Source of the DNA: Octopus bimaculoides | Lineage: Eukaryota | Reading direction: 5' to 3' | Assembly: GCF_001194135.2 (NCBI RefSeq) | Contig: NC_069004.1 | Span: forward strand, 1,935,661-1,999,660 | Length of the DNA stretch: 64,000 bases | Shown here: in pieces, positions 13,050 through 24,600 of the stretch | Layout: the number at the start of each line of letters is the position of its first letter | How positions within the stretch are numbered: the first letter of the stretch is position 1 | Notes under the pieces: generated by a model | Databases searched by the model: none | Told to the model about the DNA's origin: nothing | Seen by the model: only the letters and a program-made list of their open reading frames with translations | Translations under genes and position numbers: made by a program

Positions 13050-14290
13050 GAGACTTGTGCTGCTGTAAACAAGACATGCTTCTGGAAGGCACTGAGGAGG
13101 GTGGAATTGCCAGTGTATGAATCAAAGCCTTCCCAGCAAGCACGAGAACCTCGTATGAGCCTAAAATGACATCATAAAAAATTTAGAGAAATGCTCCGAG
13201 CGGGTTACATTCGAAACCATGTACTTTCTTTCAAGGATAAAGGAGAGGTAGAACCAAAAGAATTATAGACCTACCACCTGCCTGCCAGCAATGTCCACGA
13301 CTATTACCTCCATTGTTAGCGTGAGAATCTAAAGCTGCCTCTACAAAAACATATCGCCAGCAGAACAGAAGCAGTGTAAGAAAGGAAGCTACGGATGCAA
13401 AAACAAGCTTCTGATCAATATAATCGTATTATAAGAAGTTAAATCGAATAAAAGAAACTTGCTAACAGTATGGAATGACAAGAAGAAGACAGTGTGCCCC
13501 GCTCTTGAATAGAGGAAGCCTCAAGATTAGCAGAGTCTATCAAGCAACTCTGAAATTGATCGCAGTATGAAGTGCTGGGAGACCGCTCTGAATCTTTGTT
13601 AAAAACAGAAAACGTGCGTCTTCGAATTAAAAACATCAAATATACTTCCTGAAGGAAAAAGCAACACACTTCAAAAAAAAAAAAGCGTTTGATAACCCTG
13701 AAACTCCACCTGTAGGAAACGGGGTGAATACCATTTGCTCAAAAAGAGTAAAACAAGCATCAAGATGCCGCTGCCAGCTTCACATGTAGAAAATTTGGGG
13801 AGTGGAGATAAGATAGTGCACGTGAAGTACTCTAAATTGATTTATACATCGACTAAATAAAGACACATTAAAAGTTTAAGACTGACTATAGAGACGGGTC
13901 TTCATAATCACTGCACAATATTAGTCTTGCAACCAGATCCTATCACCATCGCATCATCAAGGATGGAATGAATCTGCAATACAGGATCTGTGGAAAAGAT
14001 GGATAAATTAATTGCCACATTGTCTTTGGATGCGTAAAACTAACAGAGACTATATACATCCAGAAGCGTTGTACCTGTGGGCGTTAAAATATTGTCTTTG
14101 GATGTCTAAAACTAGCTGAGGCTTAAACTAGACATCCAGAAGTGGTTCAAGGCAGCGGTGTACCTGTGGGCGTTAATATATTAAGATGGCTGAGAAGTAG
14201 GATGGATCGTCAGCCAAACACGGTTATTGACAATAAGAGATACGTATCTCTATGCAGTCAGATAAAAGCCAACAAGCCTATCAACATGAT
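13050..14290 (+). mobile_element. Degenerate, internally deleted R4/Dong-clade (RLE) non-LTR retrotransposon
   Basis: Broken translations in order: NYRPTTCL...EQKQCKKGSYGCKNKLLIN...RNLLTVWNDKKK (RT), FIITAQ, RIIKDG...RICG...HIVFGC (CCHC knuckle), QPNTVIDNK...IKANKP (RLE). Many stops and frameshifts. Confidence 0.7.
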
Positions 14291-14490
14291 TAGTGAATGG
14301 TGGGGAGGTTATGAGGAGGGGAGAGGGATGCACCAGTACCTGGCTGGTGTTTTTTTTTTCAGCTGAGTACACTGGAACAATAGGAAACGAAGTGCCATTG
14401 TTCAAGGACACAATGCGTCACACGTCCCAGGAATCGAACCAAGGACCTTATCATCATGAACACACCTTACCATTAGACTGAGCACCGTAA
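14290..14490 (-). mobile_element. tRNA-derived SINE (box A/box B head)
   Basis: Reverse complement ggtgctcagtctaatggtaagg...ggttcgattcctgg, followed by a ttgttccagtgtactcagctg core. Confidence 0.65.
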
Positions 14491-14971
14491 CAGCAACATC
14501 GATAACAACGTTAATTCTTTTTGCTTTCGACATAAGACCTGAAATTTTGTGGGGATGAAAGCAAGTCGATTCCATTACCCCAGTAATCGACTGGTACTTA
14601 TTTTATCGACCACAAAAGGATGAAAGGCGAAGTGAACCTCAGCAGGATTTGAACTCGGAAAGTGAAGAGCTGAGAGAAATGCCGCAAAGCATTTTCCCTG
14701 ACGAACTAACGATTCTGCCAGCACGTGCCAAGGGGGGATGTGGGAGATGATACAGACAGACATAAAACGAGGGGGTGGGGTTACACAGGAAGGGAATGAT
14801 TTTAGGAAAAAAGTATACGATCTTTGCTTCCCAACTACATGGCTCTGAGTTCAGTCCCACTGCGTGGCACCTTGGGCAAGTGTCTTCTACCATGACCTCA
14901 GGCAGATCAAAGCCTTGTGAATGGATTTAGTAGACGGAAACTGAAANNNNNNNNNNNNNNNNNNNNNNNNN

Positions 14972-15013
<42 letters not shown>

Positions 15014-15342
15014 TCCGTGTGAAACCGGTTAGTAAGATCGGCTGTAATGGATCTTAATACTGCGGTTTACTTGAATAGGTGTTTAGAACTCATAACTCGG
15101 TGGGGAATCTAATGTACCTTGTTCCATTCACTGCAACTGTAGGTTCAAGTCCAGCCGAATACCCTTTTCTGTGTTATGAGGATAAAATGTGGTGCAAATA
15201 TTTGTTACAGCATTTCCATTTCCAATTTGGTCGTACCGTTGCCGACTCATATTAAAGAAAGATTTATATATCCGATTTCATGCCATACTGAAGAATATTT
15301 AAAGCGTTTACAATATGTAGGCAGCTATTTCCGTTCGACACG

Positions 15343-15572
15343 TTCTTTACTGCCCACGGGGGGCTAAACACAGAGGGGACAAACAAGGACAGACAAAGGG
15401 ATTAAGTCGATTACATCAGCCCCATTGCATATAACTGGTACTTATTTAATCGACCCCGAAAGGATGAAAGGCAAAGTCGACCTCGGCGGAATTTGAACTC
15501 AGAACGTAACGGCAGACGAAATACTGCAAAGCATTTCGCCCGGCGTACTAACGATTCTGCCAGCTCGCCGCC
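15343..15572 (-). mobile_element. SINE family A, near full-length young copy
   Basis: Reverse complement reads ggcgagctggcagaatcgttagtacgccgggcgaaatg...gaggtcgactttgcctttcatcc...gtgggcagtaaagaa. Confidence 0.8.
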
Positions 15573-16515
15573 CTAAATGATATAAGTACCAGTGGTGCAC
15601 TAGGGTCGATGTAATCGACAGTCTCCGCCATACCCCGCCCCCACCAATATTCCAAGCNNNNNNNNNNNNNNNNNNNNNNNNNNNNNNNNNNNNNNNNNNN
15701 NNNNNNNNNNNNNNNNNNNNNNNNNNNNNNNNNNNNNNNNNNNNNNNNNNNNNNNNNNNNNNNNNNNNNNNNNNNNNNNNNNNNNNNNNNNNNNNNNNNN
15801 NNNNNNNNNNNNNNNNNNNNNNNNNNNNNNNNNNNNNNNNNNNNNNNNNNNNNNNNNNNNNNNNNNNNNNNNNNNNNNNNNNNNNNNNNNNNNNNNNNNN
15901 NNNNNNNNNNNNNNNNNNNNNNNNNNNNNNNNNNNNNNNNNNNNNNNNNNNNNNNNNNNNNNNNNNNNNNNNNNNNNNNNNNNNNNNNNNNNNNNNNNNN
16001 NNNNNNNNNNNNNNNNNNNNNNNNNNNNNNNNNNNNNNNNNNNNNNNNNNNNNNNNNNNNNNNNNNNNNNNNNNNNNNNNNNNNNNNNNNNNNNNNNNNN
16101 NNNNNNNNNNNNNNNNNNNNNNNNNNNNNNNNNNNNNNNNNNNNNNNNNNNNNNNNNNNNNNNNNNNNNNNNNNNNNNNNNNNNNNNNNNNNNNNNNNNN
16201 NNNNNNNNNNNNNNNNNNNNNNNNNNNNNNNNNNNNNNNNNNNNNNNNNNNNNNNNNNNNNNNNNNNNNNNNNNNNNNNNNNNNNNNNNNNNNNNNNNNN
16301 NNNNNNNNNNNNNNNNNNNNNNNNNNNNNNNNNNNNNNNNNNNNNNNNNNNNNNNNNNNNNNNNNNNNNNNNNNNNNNNNNNNNNNNNNNNNNNNNNNNN
16401 NNNNNNNNNNNNNNNNNNNNNNNNNNNNNNNNNNNNNNNNNNNNNNNNNNNNNNNNNNNNNNNNNNNNNNNNNNNNNNNNNNNNNNNNNNNNNNNNNNNN
16501 NNNNNNNNNNNNNNN

Positions 16516-16547
<32 letters not shown>

Positions 16548-17871
16548 CCAGTGCACGAAACTGTAGGCCCTTGGGTCACTCTAACTTCTGCCGATTATTA
16601 ATAATATATAGAGATAGATATAGACGTGTGTGTATTATGTGTATATACGTATGTGCGTGTGTATATATATATATGTGTGTGTGTGTGTGTATTTATATTA
16701 TATATATATATTTCTATGTATGTATATGTGTGTGTATGTGTGTATAATTATATATATATGTATGTGTGTGTGTGTGTGTGTACACTTAGACAAAATTTTG
16801 GCCGTTTGACATATTTTCGAATAAATGGTAGCTGCTGCATCATGTGAGCTTCTAGCTTTTAACTGTGGAATCTCTAACGTAAAATTCGGCAACAAATCCT
16901 AGAAAGGATCTTTGATTGCTTTCAATTATTTCCCTCCTTGTTCGTATGAATGAGCGCAGCCAAAATCATTCTGCCATACACCAGTTCTGCAGACCAATAT
17001 TTCACACACCTACACTTTTAGCATCAAACGACCGCATCTTTTTCTAATTTTTTTCAGAGCAATTAAGAGCATGGAATTTATTGTTTAACACTAAATTCAA
17101 CTTTGATCGAACATATTTATTATCATTTATTTCAGAGGTGACCAACAACTTTATTATTTTTTTCTTTATTAAGAGCTACATGATATAATATAATGTAGCT
17201 TTTTTATTTTAGATGGTTTAGGGCAATTTTAGACTGTTATTTCTAGAGGGTTCGACCAACCACACAGAGGTACAGTCGTCGGCGGTTAAGGTTACAATAG
17301 AAAGTTGGGATTTATTCTGCGCACCAATCTCTTGAATCGCTTGAAGAAATTGGTGATCTTAAAGTATAAAACTCTATTTTCACTTTCACAAAAGAAGTTT
17401 TCACTCTTTTTATGAATCCCCATTAGTAATTTATCAACTTTTACATTGATCTGAAGCAGCTTAGCATAACCATGTAAGATACAGGCGACTATGCTTAGAA
17501 ACTGAGATTATTGGAGACGTCTTCTTGCTGCCCGAGGTTATAGGCCAACTGTACGAGAGTGACTAACACTAAAACGTTACTGGTATTTCCTCCTACCTTT
17601 AGTGTTCTCGTTGTTTAGTACCATTAGTTGTGTTCTGTGATTATTTATTTCGTGGATCTGCTATTCCATAAAATAAAAATACATTTGATTTGCTGCAAAT
17701 TTCGCATATGTGTCTGGTGGTGAGCGAGCATTGTCCCCAAATTCTTCTTGTGTTATTATAATGAATGCTATCTCCATTTGTATAAAACTGCTGGTTCGTA
17801 AAACGATAGTTGTGTCTGTAGTTTAAAGTCTGAAACACGTCTGATTCATTTGCGTAGACGGGGCTGCACGG

Positions 17872-18537
17872 ATGAGCGAAGTTAAAGGTATGTATCCTGC
17901 TAAATGTACGTTCCAACGGCGAACATCCCAACTCTTTAAATTCTTTCAACCTGTGACCAACGCGTCTTTTCAAAGCGTTTCAACTGTAATCCTCCCGTGG
18001 TTTTTTGAAGTGTTTCGACCATGACCAATGCGTCTTTTAAAAGCGTTTCAACCGTGATCGTCCCCTGTTCCAAATGTGACCATCTTGTCTTTTGTTTATG
18101 TCCAAATCTTTTTTATGTCCCGCCCTACTCTCTGTGTGTCCTTCTCTCCTTTTAAGACACATTGGATAAGATAGTCTGAAATACCTGCCTGGAGAATGAA
18201 AGGTCGTATAATCATGGGAGGACAGCCTTTGAACATAGGTCGGAGACCATGGCGTTTATGCCTACTTTCACTTTTCAGCCAGCAGCTACTTTCATTATGG
18301 TGTGTGTGTGTGTGTTGTGTGTTGTTTTTCACTTGTTTCAATCATTGGACCTCGACCATGCTGGAGCACTGCCTTGAAGGGTTTTAATCAAACAAATCGA
18401 TCCCACTACTTTTTGTTTGAAGTCTAATATTTAGTCTATCGGTTATGGGGACGTTCACAAACCAACACCAGTTGCCAAACGATAGGAGAGACAAACACCA
18501 CACACGCGCACACACATGTATATACGAAGCCTGTCGC

Positions 18538-18576
<39 letters not shown>

Positions 18577-18577
18577 G

Positions 18578-18627
<50 letters not shown>

Positions 18628-21600
18628 ACACGTGTGTGTATGTAATACGTCTATGTGTGTGTGTGTGTGTGTATTTCTTATCTTTTACTTGCTTCAGTTA
18701 TTGGACTGCAGCCATGGGGTGGGGGTCATCGCTTGGAGGGTTTTAGTAGAAGGAATCAACTTCAGAACATGCTGAACTTTTCCAGTCACATGGTTCTGGG
18801 TTCCATCCCACTGCGTGGCACCTTGGGCAAGTGTCTTCTACCATAGCCTCAGGCCAACCAAAGACTTGTGGGTGGATTTGGTAGACGAAAACTGAAAGAA
18901 GCCTGTCATATATATTTCCTTAAGCAAGACACTTCATTTCACATTGCTCCAGTCCACTCAGCTGGCAAAAATTGAGGCTGTATCCATAATTCAAAAGGTC
19001 CAGCCCTGTCACATTCTCTCCCTGAGAAATGCATTTAGGGTCGGATGTCTATGGAGTACTGAGCCACCTGCACTTTAATTTGACGAGCAGACTGTTCCGT
19101 TGATTGGATCAACTGGAACATTCCTCAACGTAACTGATGAAGAGCCAGGCAGAATGGCAAAACTTGGAGCAAAGCAAATAATACTATCAGTAATGTCATG
19201 TAAAAGAAATTCAAAAACTTTGAGGGAGAACATGACATATTTCTTTTTCAAAATGGTGAAGCGCAAACCAAATAAAGCTGTTGATGATGTGACTTCAGCA
19301 ACAAACACATGTCTGTTTCATCTTTCCCAATGTGCTTTACTTGATTCTGTCCTTGGACTATGGCCATGCTGGGGCACTGCCTCAAAAGGTTCTAGTCAAA
19401 GAAATTCACCCCAGTACTTATTATTTTAAAGCTTGGTACTAATTCTGTCACTCTCTTTCGCTAAACCACTAAGTTGTGGGGACATAAATAAACCAACACC
19501 AGTTGTCAAGCAGTGGTGGGGAGCAAATGCAAGCACAAAGGCACCCACAGATATAGACATATATATGTGTGTGTGTGATGGGATTCTTTCAGTTTCCATC
19601 TACCAACTCCACTCACAACGCCTTGATCGGCTTGAGGCTATAATAGCAGACATTTGCCCAAGGTGCCATGCAGTGAGATTGAGCCTGGAACCATGTGGTT
19701 GACAAGCAAACTTCTTACCACATGGCCACACCTATTCCTCAAAATTAGATGCATTAGAGCTTTTCATCCATCAAATCCACTCTCGAGGTTTTGGTCAGTC
19801 CAAGGCCAAAGTAGAGATTTGCCCTAAGTGTGTGCACGCGCATGTGTGTGTGTATGTGTGCGTGCATGCGTGCAAGTTTTTTTTTATACAAGGAAAAGGA
19901 TATCAGTGATTTGTTCTTCACTATTCAGCTACACACACACACACAGAGTCTGAAACTTTAGCATAAAATCACCATTAAAAGCAATTAATTTATATCTAAT
20001 TTTTTTTTTCAACTTTTAGGAGATACTGGAAGAAAAGATTTAGAAAAAGGTAAATATAGCTACAACCTGCACACACACACACACAAACACACACACACAT
20101 CATTTACTTAATTATTTATTATTTGTTGTTCTTAAGCATTTTTGTTAACATTTTTCATTGTCTGTGTAACACTGCAAATAATTTTTTGACAATGTTCAAT
20201 TTAAAAAAATTTTTTTTTTGTGAACCAAAAAAGTCCCTGTACCCCATCTTCACCCCTAAACATTGTTATTAGATTATAGTGAGCAATACATGCTTTCAAT
20301 AAAATAATTAATAATGATTAATTTTTGCCATTAGAATTGTTGTTTTTTTAATTATAGTATTTTCATTCAAACATAAAATGCTTTCTTCGTAATAATAATA
20401 ATAATAATCCTTTCTACTATAGGCACCAGGCCTGAAATTTTAGTGCAAATATAGCAGATTATGGCCAATACAATCAGAATCTGAAAGCAAAATGAATAAA
20501 TTACTCATTGTGACATTCTTAAAACATTGCAAGAGGCACAATTTTAAGAAAATACCATCTAAAACTGTTTTCTTAAAAATCAGCCATTACTTTTACACTA
20601 ACCTGATATGTGCAGTAAATTAAGAAGGTACTATATTCGATGACGTACGAGACACACTTTTTTTCCCAAAAATGGTCTCAGTTAATCACCATTTTGAATG
20701 TGAATTCCTTGCCTTGTGGTTGTATTGCCAGCTAGTTTTCATCACAATTTTGTTATTCCCGTTTGCTTTTTCTCCCAAGATGACTAGTAAGGGAATAATG
20801 TAGTGAAGCCTAAATTTGAAACCACGAAGGTTTAGTATCTAGGATCGAACTACATCAGATTGGGCGACTGCCCTGAATACTAAACAATCACTTTGCAGCA
20901 ATATTATTGGAAGTTCCAGATGTGACCACATAAATGGGGTCCATGAAAGCAAGAGCATGCCAGAATCAGTGCAGTGGTTAGAGAAGGTCCCAGAGAAGAT
21001 CGATGACGACAAGATTCTTGGTCCCTGCTCGACTTGTGTTTAAATGAATCTCTTCACCTACAATGCACTTCTCCAAGCATGTACCATGAACACCATATCA
21101 TTACCTCTTACCACATATAAATAAGCAGCTTGCCAGTTCTTAATCAGAGGTGCACATAGGTGAAACAGACAGGTCCATAAGAAACTGGTTCCCTGGTTGC
21201 TGCTCAACCCTGAGTTAAAGGAATCATTGACTGCGAAGAACAGTATTTCCCCACCTCTCACATGAAGCCATTCTTATCTGTCATTAATAAACTTCATTTA
21301 CTGCTGGCAGGCCACAACACAGTCCTGATAGGCATCCGTGTAATTAATGTAAATATTGCGATAAGCACATATATAAATAAATGTTTATCAAATACAGTTC
21401 AGAGTTTGTTTTAATGTGGGACAGCACGTAGGTTAAACCGCATATCAATTAATCAAGTCCTGTCTAGAAAGTCTCACAATGGTAAGCCACAACATTCATA
21501 GCCAAGTCCAACATGTCTTTTAACCATCCATATAGGACTTCATACCTAAAGATAAGAAATGCTTACATGCATCTGTGGTATGCATATTGTTAATATGAAA

Positions 21601-24600
21601 TACTTTCTGTTCAATGTCAAGTGTACACAACTGATGTTGTTTTAAATCAAAAAAGCTACCTATGTATCATACATGGTAGTTGGCACCCTCTTGTAATAAT
21701 TGAAATTCATCTTCAGGATTTTATAAATTCTCAAATATTAGGAACTGATGCTTTCTTCTTTTGCTTTTGTTTCTTTTCTTTTTTTTTTTTAATTATTTGT
21801 TTTAATAATATTTTACAGGGAGAGATGATGAGAAAAATGTTATAAATGTAGGCCCCCAACAAAATATACAAGAATATGGTAAAACTCGATGGCCTAGAGA
21901 CAACCCAGTATCTCAGAAATATCGAGAGGTAAATATTTATATCAGTATTGCTCGTTTGTTTGCTTTTTCACTTGTTAGTTTTTGTTTTTTTTGTTTGTTT
22001 GTTTATTTTTGTGTGACTTGTCACGTCACTCAGCTGTCAAAAATGAACCGTTCCGTAATCAAAGGGCTGGCTTTGTCACGCTCTGTGTCACACTGAGAAC
22101 TATGTTAAGGATAGTCATGTCTGTCGGGTGCTTGTTAATTTCACAGACCAACTGGAGCACTCGTTGTAACCTGAAACACCAGCAGGCAGTATGTATGTAA
22201 TGTAAGGCGCGTGACTTAGTAGTTAAGATATTCAGCTCATGATTGTAGGGTCACGAGTTCAATTCCCGGTGGCTTGACATTTTATTTCATGTTGCTCCAG
22301 TCCACTCAGCTGGCAAAAATGAGTCGTACTTGTATTTCGAGGGGCCAACCTTGTCACACTCTGTGTCATGCTGAATCTCCCTGAGAACTGTGGCTGAGTA
22401 CTTTGCATTTGTCTGGAGATAATATCTCTTATGGATGTGTCAATAAGAGATATCATAATTTGTGTTTTGGGGATGTATCTACATTAAGTTTGATACATTC
22501 CTTCACAAAACAGGCAAAGGAACAAATTTACTCGTTCCATATTTCAATGCAACTATTAAACTTATGTAATTCTTTCTCCTTGTATTTCAGGTTTATGATT
22601 TCATATTTCAGGCTTATATTCTCTTCATCTTTCAGGCTTATGATTTCGTACAACAGACTTTCAACTGCACCTACATACGAGTTATACGTGGAGATAACTA
22701 TTGTGGAATCCGTTCCTGTATAGTTCAACTGCTAATAAATGGAATTACAATAAAACAGGAATTTGCTACACCAGAAATTGTAAAGAATGTAAGAGAGAAA
22801 AATATTTTCCATAATAACTTGTTGTGTGCAACAAAAGCAGATTAGATTAAAATAGTCATCTGTGTATCATACTTAATGCAGACATCACAAAAAGGCAAAT
22901 TAACTGCTGCATTTGTCTGGAGATAATATCTCTTATGGATGTGTCAATAAGAGATATCATAATTTGTGTTTTGGGGATGTATCTACATTAAGTATGATAC
23001 ACAAATGACTATTTATCACAATCTCAATAATTTTCTAGTACTTTTGAAGTTTTGTTAATGTAAACTTTTGCACAATTTTTTTTTCTTTCCTGTCTCTTCT
23101 AAGTTTTAATTTCTCTCTCTTTAAGCAGGTGTGGATCTTGTTTTCTAATTAGACTGGGACAGCTAAAATAAATGGATTCACAAGTTGGAACAAGAAAAAA
23201 TTGTTTGAAACTTCAATACTTTGGAAATAGATTATCAACTTTTATATTCAATGTTTCAGAAGTTCTTTTTGATGAAGTAATATTTTGCAATAACAATTTC
23301 TTTTCAGCAACCTTTTCTATCTCACTTTAGGTCACAATCTACTTTTCCCACAATCTTATTTGAAAAAACAGGTAAGGACTATTAGCAGGGAGGGTTTCCG
23401 GCTTCAAAACAATGTTCCAACAAAACATATTCATCTAACCCCAGCTAGCATGCAAAAACGGACATAAAAACAAATGAACAAATTTCCCATGATGCTTATT
23501 GATTGACCGGATTAGCAGACAAGTTCTTAGAAGAAATGTTTTATCTCTTGATATCCTTTCAGTATTATATTAAAAATAATTTCTATTGATTTCCTTTCGG
23601 TTAAATTTATATAACGGAAGGTTTCAAGTGTAGGTATTTTCTCTGATATTCATGTAAATAAATGTCTATACCTTTGTGATACATTTCTAGCTTTTAAACC
23701 AATATTTGGAGGAACCAGAATGGGAACTAAAAAGGTGGTCTTTTGCCAGGCGTTTAAACTACACTGATGTGAAAGAAATGCTGTTTTCTTGTATTGATGA
23801 ATTTTACTCACAGGTACTTTGATTTTTATCACTATTAATATAGTAAATCTTGAATGCAGAATAGCTGTGATAATAGAAGATTAGGTAAATACCCTCGGAA
23901 AATGGAAAATAGTGAACAGCAAGCTTCTACAGAGAATCGAATGAGGTATTTGCTTGTAATAGTTCCACCTTTGTTAATGAGAGGTAGAAGTCATTAGAAA
24001 GAATTCAATACAAAGATTTTTTTTATATTTTACTACACTACAGCAAAATATATCATTATTAAACACAGTGTCTCAGTGAAGAATATTAGTTGCTAAAACT
24101 ACAGATTAAAAAAATTGCTGCTCTTTTCATTTTCAGATCATGTTACAATCAGTTTCAACCTTTCAAAGTCATTGAAATATTTTCTTGTAATTGCTAAGTG
24201 GATTTGTATTTGATACTATTGCCAGGAGTTTTCTGTTTTCACTTAACACGAGCTGTCGGTTAACAATAGCTAAGCCTTCAGCTGCTTGTGCCTGTAAGGT
24301 CAAAAATATATTATTGTTTAAAGTAATTTCTTAGTGTTTCCTGGCAGATAAAGTATTTTTTCTTTCTTTTTTTCATTTCAGCATAACTTAGCTTTAGAGA
24401 TGGACAAGACAGAGAGAGAAGACTGGGTGGAGGACCTCTTAAACAGAGAACCAATTGTCGATATAAAAATAATGGAAGCTGCCAAATTACTTATGTTGCT
24501 TGATATAATTGACATTTATAAAAACCAACAAGCTGTTGATTATCCCTTCTTTGTCCAGTTTATATTTGCTCGTGACACATCTCACACTCCTGCGGACTTG

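Noticed and set aside
14098-14138. Hairpin TGGATGTCTA...TAGACATCCA as a possible structured RNA
   Set aside because: It lies within the degenerate coding region of the R4/Dong relic (IVFGC...RH) and has no ribozyme core.
14440-14490. tRNA-like box A/box B heads (also ~22205, ~61400) as tRNA genes
   Set aside because: No complete cloverleaf; each continues into a repeated SINE body.
15548-16579. Long ORFs spanning N-runs (also ~26500-26840, 38980-39610, 41780-42470, 48080-49040, 55970-56535, 57800-59060)
   Set aside because: They are poly-X translations of assembly gaps, not coding evidence.
20616-20627. 12-nt candidate poison microexon (CTAAC branch, CAG|...AAG|gt) with an in-frame TAA in OTULIN B intron 2
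   Set aside because: Motifs this short arise often in AT-rich introns, and there is no independent support without RNA-seq.
20870-21340. Possible LTR or retroelement fragment in OTULIN B intron 2
   Set aside because: Its composition differs from the flanks, but I found no diagnostic motif to classify it.
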